The translations under genes and the position numbers were made by a program. Under the pieces are notes generated by a model. It was not told where the DNA came from. It saw only the letters and a list, made by a program, of their open reading frames with translations, and did not search any database. This document shows, in pieces, positions 48,691 to 62,561 of a DNA stretch of 64,000 bases. The stretch is taken from NCBI RefSeq assembly GCF_009914755.1, contig NC_060935.1; one strand, written 5' to 3'. Source of the DNA: the human T2T-CHM13v2.0 reference genome, Homo sapiens. Position 1 is the first letter of the stretch; each line of letters starts with the position of its first letter.

Positions 48691-51389
48691 AGCAAATGCT
48701 CATAGCTCTCCCCTGCACAGCAGCACAAAGCACACCTTCCATGCCACAGCCCTCTGACCAGGACATGCAACCCAGGGCGCTGTTCAAAATGAAACGGGGG
48801 CTCTTGTTCATAAGTGGTTAGATTTCCAAGCTGGTGTCCACACAGCCTTGAACCAAGCACCAGGCCTTCTCACCTCAGGGCCCCGGACTGCACATCCAGG
48901 AAGCCGGCACTGCATCTGAGTCATTTCTTTCCCAGACTAAGCTTCTGGTCCCTTCTTCTTATGACAGCCCCCACAGACATGGGCCTCACACATCCCAAGG
49001 TCCCCATCAATCACCCTGTGTGCTCCCCACGGATATGACCCCTTTGTGAATTCCTCCTCACAGTGGTGCTCAGGATATGTCCCATTCCTGGATGTTTGTT
49101 CCTCTGTAATTGAGTGGGATGATTAGTCTTCCCCAACCACCCTGGATGGCGCCACTGAGCATTTTATTAACAAAGACTTGGGTTTACTCTGGGATGAACA
49201 TCAGCATTGGCTGTAGTCAACCTACCAGCAAGTACAACCCCCGTTCACTCACACTTTAAGCTATTAACAAGTTCAGTCCTTTGAAGCTGACTACCTGTTA
49301 GCACTGAGTGCAGAACATTGCCACAAGTAAAATTATTTTTGTTAATTTTTATACATCAAGGACCTTTGGACTTTTGTAGCTTTCATTGGCGTGTTGGCTC
49401 GATGACTCCGCTAATTTAGACGATTTCACTTGATACTTCATCCAGATCATGTATACAAACACTGAGTATCAAGAGGATATTCCTTTGAATACAAAAGTTT
49501 TTGTTTTTATCTTCAAGAGATCTTAAGGAAGCTGAAACCAATACCCGTGCTTTTCCTGAACACCCACTGAGTTCCAGGTCACCAGACGCACTCAGGATGA
49601 GGGTCCCTGCCGCTGAAGGTCCTGCGGGAGCTGGAGAGATGAGTCGCGGAGGGGAGCAGCAGCTGAGCCGGCCTTGGGTGCGCGGGGACCGCATGTGGAG
49701 ATGCTGTGCGGGTGGAGTTGGCACGCGCTGGACTGCTCCAAGGAAGGCAGGCTTTTGGTGTTGGCTGCTGATCAGGAAGCCTGACCGGAGGATGTTGTGC
49801 TTGGTGGGTTTGAACAGGCTGTCCTCAGGGGCATCTAGGAGAGGGGAAGGCAGGCTCTCCAGGCAGGGATGCCGGGGAGGAGGAAAGAAGGTGTGGGCTG
49901 TGTGTAGGGGAGAGTGAGGGCCGACGTGGCAGAATCAGAAGTCAGGTTGCTGATTTAAACCTGGGCAGTTCTGGAGCAGCAAGGAGTGAAACACCTGCAG
50001 GTGCGGTCTCCGCGACGGTCCTCTTAAGCAGATGCTGTGGGTTAGGTTCCAGAGGAGCTTGGCATAGGCTGGGGCAGGTGGGAGGATCAGGAGGACAATG
50101 CTCGGGCCAGCGGGGCTCAGGTATGTTGAGGACAAACATCCTCATTTTGCCAGTTGCCCCGGGCTGGCTTCGGATGTAAGTGTCCCTCTGGGGAAGATTC
50201 GTTCATACTCCGGGACCACTTTCTGCACTTCTGTGTCCATCTCCCAGTTATGTAGCAGAGTGAGGGGCTCTCAAGAAGAGCCGTGCATCAGTGTGTGCCC
50301 GGGACTGCAGATGTCAGGAGCAGAGGCCCCAACGTTACCTGCAGCTCTTCCACAGATGGCCCTGGAGAGGACACATCGGCTAAGCCCCTCAGCCTACTCT
50401 CCCACTTGTCCCCTCCTGCCTGCCCTCCCTACAGCCTGCAGGGGCCCACAGAAAGCTCTGTCAGTTCAGAGGGGTGCCATCCGTCTGGGAGCTCCACGCC
50501 CGGGGGGCTGCCGGCTTCCCTGAGGGCTGGAGGTGCTGAATCTCTCTCATTCAGCATTCGCTTTTCGTAACATTTTGCTGTCTTTGTGCAAACACACTAT
50601 CAGCCTACCTGTGCCTGACAAGGGATCTAGCTCCTGTTTTCTGCCTGCGCTAGGAGGCTTGGCATCCCTCGGGCTGCTGTGACACCCTCCCCACAGCCAC
50701 ACTCCCTTCCTCCCGCCATCGCTGGCAGCTACAGCAGAACCGGGAGCTTGGGCCCTACACCCAGCAGCACGGGCCTGGCTTTCTGCAGCCGTGTGAGCCT
50801 CAGGAGCTGTGGTGCGGCCCCTGAGGACTGCCTTTCTCAGACAGTGTCTTAGGCAGATGGAAAGCTCCAGAGAGCCAGGCCAGTCCCCATGGGGGGTCTC
50901 CCTGGCTGCCTCGAGGCCTGGTGCACACGGAACCGTGTTTAACATCCCAGGAGACAGGCAAAGCCATGGGAAACCAGCTTGGTAGTTTTTGAATCGTGCG
51001 GTCCATGGGTTTTATTATTGAGAAGCTAATGAGTCCCAGACACTTTGCAGGCATTTCCCCAGCATTTCTTGGGAGAAGCTCCCGTCTGCCCTCAGGTTCA
51101 ACCCAGGGCCCCTTCTCCAAGCCCCTGAGCTTGCCGTGTTTCCCATCCCCACACTTTCTGAGAGTTGCCTGCCTTCTCTTCTATGCCCTCCCACCGTTCT
51201 AAAGACTCCCTGAGAGCACGAGGTGGGTCTGTGTTTGGCCTAAGGCAGGCTGTTAATACATCATTGTACATAGTGAATCTTTACAACAGCCCGAGCCAGA
51301 GGTGTGGGGACCCCCTATTGCTGTATTTTTCCCTTTGGAGGATCTGAGATGGGAACTCACTGGGTCTGGTTCTGAAGTTCGGACACTGT

Positions 51390-51863
51390 CATGGGTTCCA
51401 TGATGCTCTCCAACAAGGTGGGACATGAGGCCTTCTGGTCCTCTCACCTCTACAAGGGGTGTCATAGCACTGCCTGGGCCCCCTCAGGACTATCACACAC
51501 ATGCCCAGCTCCACAAGAGCTGGCTGTTGGCGTATCACCATGCCTTCTCCAGCAGTGACCCCTTTCTGAAGGCAGATTAACCTCCCAAGTTTACCCACCT
51601 CCCTGGGAACAGCCACATCATATGACTCATGATTTCAGTATTACAAAGGCTTCCTTGCCTTAACAGGAATATGCCGAAGGGTCATCCCAGCCCCAGAGCA
51701 CCTGACAAGACTGGCCAAAACCTCTTTGGCAGCTGCATCCCAGTTCAGTCCCCGTGCCCACCCGGTCTGGCTTCCCTCAATAATTCCCACCCTTCTCAGT
51801 AATTCCCTACGTGAGTCTCAGAGGCTCAGAGTCTGCTTCCCTGGGAACCCCGCCCACATCGAC
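51390..51863 (+). mobile_element. LTR16-type ERVL LTR
   Basis: 3' end ctcagagtctgcttccctgggaacccc; 5' boundary approximate. Confidence 0.65.
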
Positions 51864-51941
51864 TAGTACAGGATGTAGTCTTAGGGTGCAGACTTGGAAA
51901 TGGGATTTAGGGGAAGCATCATTTGCTGGGGGCTGGCGACA

Positions 51942-52029
51942 GGCCTCTTGCTGGTGGTAGAGCACTGGTGGGCCTCTTGCTGGTGGTGGAGCACTGGTGG
52001 GCCTGCTGGTGGTGGAGCACTGGTGGGCC
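51942..52029. repeat. 29/26-bp x3 minisatellite
   Basis: ggcctcttgctggtggtRgagcactggtg at 51942 and 51971, shorter copy at 52000. Confidence 0.93.
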
Positions 52030-52321
52030 GTCTCATGAGGTTGCAGTGTGATTGTTTACACTTTCACTGGTGGTGATCCGGGCTGGGGGACTGTGGAAAG
52101 GAACACATTCCTGGGTGTGTTTGTAACCATTAGGAAGAGCCATCCAGGAATCTGAGAAATGGGCGCTCATTGTCCTAGCCCTGGCATGGCTGATGATGGA
52201 GGCTGGTTGACTTCAGCTGGAGAGGTCACTCTGTCTGCTGGCTTGTCTTGCAGTCCCAGTTATTAAGGACTATGGAACTGGATAGCTCTTGTTGGGAGCC
52301 AATGCATGGGAGAGAGATGAT

Positions 52322-52363
52322 CAGATACTACACTTGATCTTAGCCAAAAGGTGGAGAAGCGAT
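52322..52363 (-). pseudogene. 3'-truncated U2 snRNA retrocopy (U2 nt 1-42)
   Basis: Reverse complement atcgcttctccaccttttggctaagatcaagtgtagtatctg, 40/42 identical to the U2 5' end; TSD gagagatgatca. Confidence 0.95.
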
Positions 52364-53110
52364 GAGAGATGATCAAAGGCAGAAACAGATTAATCACTGA
52401 TAAAAAGCAGAGTGTGAAATCCAGAGTGCCTCCCCAGCACCGTGTACAGAGACACTTGCCTTCAGCAGAGGGCAGGAGAGGCTGAGGATGAGGCACAGAC
52501 ATCCCGTGAGTAACAGAGCTCCAGAGCATTGGAATTTCCAACCCTGAAGGACTTCTTTGCCATGTTCAGGGCCCTGATTAGAAAGAGGTGGAGCCCTGAA
52601 GCCAAGGTGAGGATATTTAAGTCAGTGCCCTTGAAATATTGAATCCAGCTTTCTCTGGATTCACCCTCTGGACCTACAGCAGTAGCCCCTCCTCCCAGCA
52701 GAAGGCTAGCCCTCGCAGACACCGTGCAGGCTGCTGCTTTGCAAGACAACAGATACCCCATGGTCTATCTCTGCCTCTCCCGAGCATCATACCAATACTG
52801 GGGCTAAGTCACATGGTGCACATGCTGAGCCTGGTGAGGAAGGGGCAGCATGAGATGCACACAGCCGTAGCACCCAGCCAATGTGCACTGCAGGCTCTGG
52901 GGGCTGTTGGGCTAGCTCTGAATGTATTGGATCAAAGAGGATTGAGTTGGATATAAAGTTGGATAAGAAAAAGCATTATTGATATAGAGGCAAACTTCCC
53001 TGAAACAGAATTTTATATCAGGGCGCAGTCCCCGGGAAATGGCGCTCATATGCTGCTAGACTGGCTGGAAGCTTGAGCAAAGGGTTGTTCTCCAGTAAAA
53101 GAAGTAGAAG

Positions 53111-53521
<411 letters not shown>

Positions 53522-54797
53522 TTATTGCACCTTGTGCTTCCCTCCACCAAGAAGAAACACAGCCCCTGTGCAGTCTTGAGGCTCTCAGGCAGCTACAATG
53601 AACATCCACAATTCCCCTCTACCCATCTATGGAGTATGGTCTAAAGGAAGGTGGTGTGCGGTTTTCAGTAGGCCACATCAGGGGGATCACATGGAGACAC
53701 CCAGGGTTTTAAAGCAAGGACATGCTATTTGAATAAAATATAGAATTATATACACACCTGAAAAAGAGCTCTTGGCTTACTTCTGGGCCCTGGAAGAGAT
53801 GGGGTGCCTACCTGTGGGATAACACATTCGCATGTGCCCAGGACACACAACATGAGTGGGATTGTATCAGACCCACTAAGTCCTACCATCAGGCGGGTCC
53901 AGCAGCACTCCGTTGTCATATAGATCACAGCATGGTGTGAATGCGGCATATTCAGGATCAGGAGACTGTGGGGCCAGAGAGCACTGGGGAGCTGCACAAG
54001 CAGGTGCACCCACATCGTTCACCATTGTGGCGCCAGCATCCCTGCTGCCGGTCCCCGCATGGCTTTGTGGGTAATCCCTTGGGACCACTTGGCAGAGTCT
54101 GAGAAAGCCAAACTTGGTTTATAGATGCTTGGGCAGGTGCCAGACAGAAAGGATGAAGGACCACTCAGGGTGTCGTTGAAGACAGTGGTGACTAGAAAGC
54201 CTCCCCCAGGGAAGAGCTCTAAGTGATGCGTCTAGCCATCTGCCTTGTGGTAAGGAGGGAGGCCGAGACTGCTGTGGTCTCGTGATGGTCAGTGGCGGGA
54301 GGCTTGACTGGTTGCTCAGAGCCCAGGAAGAGGAAAAACAGTAGGGTTAGAACAAGGAGGCCTAGGAAGCATCACGTGGATGGACCTATGGCAGACGCAT
54401 GGAATTAACCCACCAACATCCACCAAGGAGCAGCCACCACAGGAGAGGTGCAAGACAAGCAAGAAGACAGAGTGACCTCTCCAGCTGAAGTCAACCAGCC
54501 TCCTTCATCAGCCATGCCAGGGCTAGGACAATGAGCACCTGAGTAGAGTAGCAGGGATGGCAGGGATGGAGGCTATGCAGGCAGCCAGATCACGGGCTCC
54601 ACTCGCCCAAGCATATATAGCTACCACCACTGCCATATATCCAGCCTGGTAGCAACAGAAACCAACAGAGTCCCTGATACTGCATTGCTTGAAGAGGCCA
54701 GCCAGCTGCTCAGTGGCAAGGTGGATTACATGGTACCCCTTCTGACATAGAAAAGGACAGAAGTTCATCTGGAGTGAAACTGACAATTCTGAGCAAG

Positions 54798-55105
54798 TGC
54801 AATAAACAGAATGTTTGGGTCCCCCCAACATTCATGTTGGAAATCCTAACCCCCAAGGTGATGGTATTAAGTAGTGGGACTTTTGGGAGGTAATTAGTTT
54901 ATGAGGGTGGAGCCCCTATAATTGGGATAAGTGTCCTTATAAAAGGGACCCCAGAGAGCTCCTTCATCTTCTTTCCACCACGTCAGGACCCAGTGAGAAG
55001 GAGCCATCTATAAACCAGGAAGTAGACCCTCACTAGACACCAAACCCACTAGCATCTTGATCTTAGACTTCCCAGCCTCCAGAACTGTGAACAATAAATG
55101 TCTGA
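54798..55105 (+). mobile_element. MLT1A LTR, 3'-truncated
   Basis: aatcctaacccccaaggtgatggtattaag...cagcctccagaactgtgaacaataaa. Confidence 0.88.
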
Positions 55106-56354
55106 TCAAATCAATAAAATAGCAAAAAGCTACCTCCAGGAGCCTGAGAGGGACACTCTGTCCATTTGCAGGGCATGGCAGGCTCCGTCTTAGGCTCTCA
55201 GCCCTGTGCATTCCCGTTTCCATCTTCTGGGTTTGCAGGGGTTTGTGAGCTGCTTTCTCCCGTTGGAGTCTCAATCGAGGTGTGGCTTTTTTCTTCCACA
55301 GGGTTGTGTGTGTGGTGAGGTGGGGCCCCTCAGCTCTCAGGGCAGGGTGCTGTCCTTGCCTCCTCTCCCTCATTCTCTCCCTCCAGCTGGCTCACCGCCG
55401 TGGGCTCAGTGCTCACTGTGTGCATGGCACAGAGAGGGCTATGGGTGAGTCTGTGTGGGGAGCTGCTTGCTGTGTGGAAGATGCATACTTCTGGCTAGAT
55501 GGGAGCAGAGCCCCTCACTGCAGCATAAGGCTGATGGTCTGCTTGCTCAAGGTGGCACCTCCTGGGTGGCTGCCTCACCACAGCCTTGCTCAGAGGGGAG
55601 GGTTTTCCTCTACCACACAACGGGGCTGCATGTGTCTCAGCCCAGCACCCTCTGGGCTCTGAGGGCCCCTTGCCTCCTGGTTTTCTGTCTTGAGTAGGCA
55701 TATGTCCAGCCCAGTGAGATGGCATCTACCACAGAGGGATGCTGTGCACCTTTGTGTTACACCCAGGCTCACACTTTGAGGTGCAATGTGTGTGTGTGTG
55801 TGTGAATGGGGGATCTGTGGAGGGAGAACTCTTGGATTGGGTCCCACGCATGACTGTGAGGCTGCCTCCTCCTTCCAGGGGTGACTGGGTTGTGTTTTCT
55901 GAGGAAGCCAGCCTCAAGACCTCCTCTTCCTCACGGCCCTTCCTCTCGCTTTGGTGCAGTGGAGGATTTCATTCTCTTCCTGCCACTGCTCCAGGGGTCC
56001 CAGGCTCAGCTCTTCTCTCAGAGCTTGTCTCTCCCTCTGCTCGTTGGTGGGGTTGGCCCTGAGTGGAGTGGAGATGGTGTCTTCTCAGGCTTCATGCTCT
56101 CATGTTTGAAACTTTGGAGCCTGTAGAGAAACATCTTGTGTAATCTTGGGAAAGGGCTGAGGGAGAGGGATCTCAAACTTCCCAGTCTCCTCAACCAGCT
56201 TGCTCATTACTCCTGGGGCTTTCTGGAGACACTCCCTTTATGTTGCCCAACCAGGGGAGCCACACGATGGTGAACCTCTTAGGCTCGATAGGAAAACAGG
56301 CAGCTCTGTGATCACTGCTGAGGGGTGGGTGGTGGTTGTGTGTGTGTAGGGGGG

Positions 56355-58497
56355 TGATATACTTTGGATGTTCATCCCTTCCAAATCTCACGTTGAAATG
56401 TGATTCCCAATGTTGGAGGCGGGAACTGGTGGGAGGTGTTTGGGTCAAGCCCTCGTCAATGGCTTGGTGCTGCCCTTGAGTAATGAGTGAGTTCTCGCTC
56501 TATTAATTCTCATAAGATCTGATGGTTAAAAACGGCCTGGAGCCTCCTTCCACTCTCTCTCCCCTCCTCCTCTCTCTCCGTGTGATGCCTGCTGCCATTT
56601 GCCCTCCACCATGAATGGAAGCTCCCCGAGGCTTTTCCAGAAGCAGATGCTGGTGCCAAGCTTCCTGTGTAGCATGTAGAACCCTGAGCTAAATGGACCT
56701 CTTTCCTTTATGAATTACCCAGCCCCAGGTGTTCCCTTGTAGCAAACTAAGTAACTAACACAGAAGAATTGTTACTGAGAAGTGGGGTATAAGGATATCT
56801 GAAAATGTGAAATTGACTTTGGAACTGGGTAAAAGGCAGAGGTTGGAAGAGTTTGGAGGACTCAGAAGAAGACAGGAAGATAAGGAGAAGTTTGGAGTTT
56901 CTTAGAAAATTCCACTTGAACCCACTTCTGGTTAAGTGGATGACCAAAATGCTGATAGAAATATGGACAGTGACAACCAGAACGACAAGGTCTCAGATGG
57001 AAATTAGGAATTTGGGGGGAACTAGAGCAGAGGTCACCCTTGTTATGTTGTAGTGAAGAACTCTGCTATGTCATGTGCATACCCTAGGACTCTGTGGAAG
57101 CCTGAATGTGAGAGTGATGACCTATAGCACCTGGTAGAAACATTTTCTGAGCAGCAAAGCATTCAAGAAGTGATGTGGCTGCTTCTAACAGCTTATAAAA
57201 TAACATGGGAGCAAAGGGATGACCTAAAGTTGGAACTTATAATTAAAGAGAAGCTGAGCATACAAATTTTAAAAATTTGCAGCCTGGCCACGTGGTGGAG
57301 AAAGAAAGAGCATTTTCAGATGAGGAATCTAAAGGTGCAATGAGCAAACACTTGCTAGAGAGATGAGCCCTGCTAAAAGGGAACCAGGTGCTAACAGGCA
57401 AGACAATGGGAAAAGGCCCTGAAGGCAGTTCAGAAATCTTTGAGGCCACCCCTCTCATCACAGGCCCAGTTGCCTAGAAGGACGCATGGTTTAGCGGGCA
57501 GGCCTGGGGCTCTGCTGCCCTGTGTCACCTCAGGATGCTGTTCCCACGTCCCAGCTGCATCACAGGCCCAGTTGCCTAGGAGGACACGTCGTTTAGCGGC
57601 CAGGCCTGGGCACTGCTGCCCGGTGTCACCTCAGGATGCTATTCCCACGTCCCAGCTGCTCCAGCTTCAGCTGCTGCTCAAACTGCTCCAGGTATGGCTC
57701 AGACCTCTGCTTCTGAGGGTGCAAGCTGTAAGCCTTGGCGACTTCCATGGGGTGTTAGGTTTGCAGGTGTATGGAATGCGTGAGTGAAGGAGGCTTGGCC
57801 GCTTCCACCCAGATTTTGGAGGATGTATGGGAAAGCCTGGGTGCCCAGGCAGAAGCCTGCTGAAGGGGCAAGGCTCCACATAGAGCCTCTACTAGGGCTG
57901 TGCAGAGAGGAAATATGGGGTTGGAGGCCCCACAGGGAGTCTCCGCTGGGACACTGCCTAGTGGAGCTGTGGAAGAAGGGCCATAGCCCTCCGGACCCCA
58001 GGATTGTAGAGCCATCAGCAGCATGCAACTTCTGCATTGGACTCCAACCAATGAGAGCAGCCATGGGGGCTGCACCCAGCAAAGCTGTGAGAGTGGGGCT
58101 ACCCAAGACCTTGGGAGCCCACTCCTCATGCCAGTGTGCCCAGGATGTGGACATGGAATCAAAGATTATCTTGGAGCTTTTAGGTTTAATGTCTGCCCTG
58201 CTGGGTTTCAGGCTTGCATGGGGCTTGTTGCCCCTTTCTTTTGACTGATTTCTCCCTTTTGGAATGGGAATGTTTATACATTGCCTGTACCACCATTGTG
58301 TCTTGGAAGTAAATAACTTGGTTTGATCTTACAGGCTGATAACTGCAAGGAACTTCCTTTGAGTCCCACGTGAGACATGAAACTTTGAACTTTTGAGTTG
58401 GTGCTAGAAAACGTTAAGACACAAAATAAACTTCTTTTCTCTGTGAAGCTACCCAGTCTCAGATATTCCTTTATCGCAACACAAATGGTCTAAGATG
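56355..58497 (+). mobile_element. MST (MSTB-like) MaLR element: 5' LTR 56355-56762, internal region, truncated 3' LTR ~58423-58497
   Basis: tgatatactttggatg LTR start; MST-int motifs (ggaactgggtaaaaggcagaggttggaagagtttggagg); ggggg TSD on both sides. Confidence 0.9.
57456..57659. repeat. 102-bp x2 tandem duplication inside MST-int
   Basis: catcacaggcccagttgcctag at 57456 and 57558. Confidence 0.95.
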
Positions 58498-58539
58498 GGG
58501 GTCCTCTGGGGCAGGCGGGTTCTGGAAGGCTCTCTCTGA

Positions 58540-58919
<380 letters not shown>

Positions 58920-59664
58920 TCCACAGTATTTATGAAATGATCTGTCCAAAGGAGCTGCAGGCCTGGGCACTCAGATACACTAAAAGGAGAGACACCCAAG
59001 TTCTCTCTTCTGAAAGGCTGCTGCCTGGTGGGAGGGAGGGGGACCATCGGGTTAATTGCAGGAAGCAGCAGGATTAGGGAGGCACTGGCCTTGCAGTTGA
59101 TGGCTCAGGTTAAGCAGGTCGTTGCCTCTGCCTTCAGCAGGGCTGGGAAAAGTGGGTGCTGCTCTAATGGGTCACAATGTCTCGTCCACCCCATTCATTC
59201 AGCATATTTATATAGAGCACCTGCTTGGACCCAGGAATATGGAGATGAATAAGAAAGCAGGCCCCTTCATCTAGAGAGAGAAAAAGCCAAGAGAACACAT
59301 TTCAGAAGGGAGAGCCACGGATGACAGAGGGTAAGCATAGTTGTCACTGGAAGACCTCAGCCTTCCTGTGCTTGTTTACCCACAGCTTCTCATGAACATT
59401 CTAATGTTTCCCCCTAGCTTTCCCCCTTTCCTGCAGAAGCAGCGTGGGACTGTCAATCACCTTCCTCGTAAAGCCATTCAGAGTTTGACTGAATTGTTAA
59501 TACCTCAGCTCTGGCCTCCGCCCTTCAGGCCTGTCCTGGTCCTCCTGGGTTGGATGCATTTGCACATTTTTCATGCACTTCTTGGGGATGCTGGAGATCA
59601 TGGCAGCTGGGAGAAGTAAGGTAAGAGAAGTGGGGATAAAATCCAAGGACAGAGTCAATGGGTC

Positions 59665-60085
59665 ATTTTAAAAACCTTCTTTATTTAGTAATAATTTCAA
59701 AATTACAGAGAGTTGCAAGAATAGGAAAGAACCACATCTGTCGTTTTCTTAGATTCACCTATTTTTGAGATTCTTTTCCCCATTTGCTCTCTCTCTCTCT
59801 CTATATATATATATTTTTTTAACTGTACATTTATTTGATAGTAAATCGTATATATATGATATATATCATGTCCCTTTATTCTAAAATATTTTGGTGTGTA
59901 TTGTCTAAGGAAAAATACTCTCTTTTATACCCATAGTATTACTTTCTACTTCAGTAAATGGCCTATTAATAGAGAATTTAGAGAATTTATATTTATGGCT
60001 CTAGCTCCATTTCCAGTTTATAATGTCCTTGAGAGCACTGTTTTTCCCCCGTGAAGGATTGATCACATATTTTACTCTGATGTCA
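59665..60085 (-). mobile_element. L1MC4/5-like 3' end
   Basis: ataatttcaaaattacagagagttgcaagaatag. Confidence 0.7.
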
Positions 60086-61050
60086 TGTCTCTTTCATCTC
60101 CTTCAATCTGTGAAAGTTCTCCAATCCTCTTAAAACATCTGTGATAATTGAAATGTTTGAGGAGTTCAGTTGATCGGCTGTTTTCATAAGAAATTCTACC
60201 CCCTGGAAATTCTCATCCTGGAGCTTATTTTTGCTCAGACTTTGAAGGGTGAATTTACATATGGGATCCTTGTAGCCTTCAGGGCTGCCCAGAGCCAGAA
60301 TCAAGCCAGAAGTGACAATGCCAGAAACAGAAGATGTGCAGAGGGACTTTTCTAAACAGAAGGTCTCTGCAGTGAAGGGAGGGAGGGAGGGAGGGGAGGT
60401 CTGCGTGGGTAGGACCTGTTGCACAGGAGATACAGAGAGGAGCTGCCCATGCTGGGAAAGACCCATCCCGTGGGGGGAAATATTCTGGGCCATGGCGAGT
60501 TCATTAGAATTAGCTGGGAAATCAAGTTAGTAACAGAAAGAAAAGGATACGAAGATAAATTTCAGCAGCATATAGTTTTAATGATGAAACTCTAAGTACT
60601 TCAACTCTATTACGTGCTTGTGTAACATGGGGAGATAAACATACATCTCCCTGATCTCTGCCTCTGTTTTCTACTTACCTGTCTACCACACATCTACTTA
60701 TTCCCAAACTGTTTATTATCTGTCTATCGTCTACCTACTGTCAACTAGCTGTTATCTATCATCTACCACTCTGTCATCTACCTATCTACCTAACTCTAAC
60801 TTCGTATTATTTAGAATTATTGAAAGACTGGTAGGGATTTTGGAAAAACCCAGAAAGTAAAAATAAATCTAGGTATCCAAATCATAGATTTATCTATTCC
60901 CATATCATGTCATCTATTTACCATTGATGAAATGACTGCATGGATTTTTTCTTAAAAAGTCTTAAGAGTCCAACAGAGATTTTAATAGAAAGAAAGTAAA
61001 TACAAAATCAGGAGCCGCTCACCACAGGTATAACTCAAAACTAAATGAAT

Positions 61051-61325
<275 letters not shown>

Positions 61326-62561
61326 ACTAAATAAAGATATTGCCATATATAACTCCAACTGCCCTCCTAAAGGGTTTGGATTAATAGAAGACATCACCCA
61401 TTCTTCAAATCCAGATGGATTTAAGTCACTTGGGGTAGGAAGTGGGCAAGCTAAATTGCTCTGAATGAATAATATGGGGGAAGACTTTAAAATGTTGGGT
61501 TGGCTGTGGACCTGGGTGAGAGCAGAGATGGACCCTGAGGGCGGGCACTGCATGCCTGGAGGAGGAGAGTGGAGAGAACTCAGGGGCAAAGCAACCCTTA
61601 AGGACTTGGAAAGGAAAACAACTACAGGGCAGTAATTTTAACATAAACAATTTTCTATAAGGTGGCTTAGCAACTCCTTCCTGTCATTCTTACATGATCC
61701 TTAATAAAGGATACCTTGCTTCCTAATGCTTTCCTGTGAAAGTGGCTTGATTTGAGAAAATCTTGAGAAGGTGTTGAGTTCTATGTCTGGGTTGGTTCAA
61801 GATAAAAATAGTATACAGGGAGGCTGGAGGTGAGGAGACAGGAAATCCAGAGTGCTGAAAATGAATCAAATTCCAGGAAATGTCAAGACCTTCAAGGCTG
61901 TGAAACTGATGGTGTGAAAAGCGGGATATCCAAGGGCGAAAGCTGGATCCAGTCAGCACCAGCTTATGTGTGGGGCAGCTACATGGAGCACGTATGGGGC
62001 ATGCAGAAAGGTTGGAGCTGGGGAGGAGGAAGGCCCCCAGGAGCATGGAGGGATGGAGGAGGCTCAGGCAGGTGCCAGGGCCTGTCAGGTTGGTGAAGGC
62101 TGAGATGCTAGCGGTTCACCTTTTCCTTTTTGTTCCATGAGAAGCCTTGATGACTGTCCTACTCTGTGATGCAGGCCTGGAAATGCAGACTAGAGAGCTC
62201 CTACTCAGTGTCCACACACCAGAGGGAGCAATGAGCTTCCGGTGATGGAGGAGTATCTTTGTGTTTGTGAGAGTTCTTTGTGCACATGACTGAGCTCCAC
62301 CTCAACTTCAGGTGATATTTTATCTATTTTCTGTTTGCTTCGTGGCATGGGGTCCTGGATACTGTTTCTTTGCTCCCTTCAGGAGGATCCATGTTCCTCG
62401 GCATGCCTGAAAATGAAGGTGGAAACCAGGTAAGCAAGCCCTAGACTCAGCTCTCAGCTTATGTTTGGACTCCTGTTTTCCGAACTTATTAAATTAATGT
62501 TGTTTTCACAGGAGACACCTCTAGTAAGAACTCTTGGGAAAGATGGAAGTATCGTCCTTTG

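Noticed and set aside
53800-54790. Possible domesticated retroviral pol gene
   Set aside because: Motifs are scattered across frames with stops and deletions; no long plus-strand ORF
57440-58248. Several 115-154-aa ORFs
   Set aside because: Decayed MST internal sequence, not an intact gene
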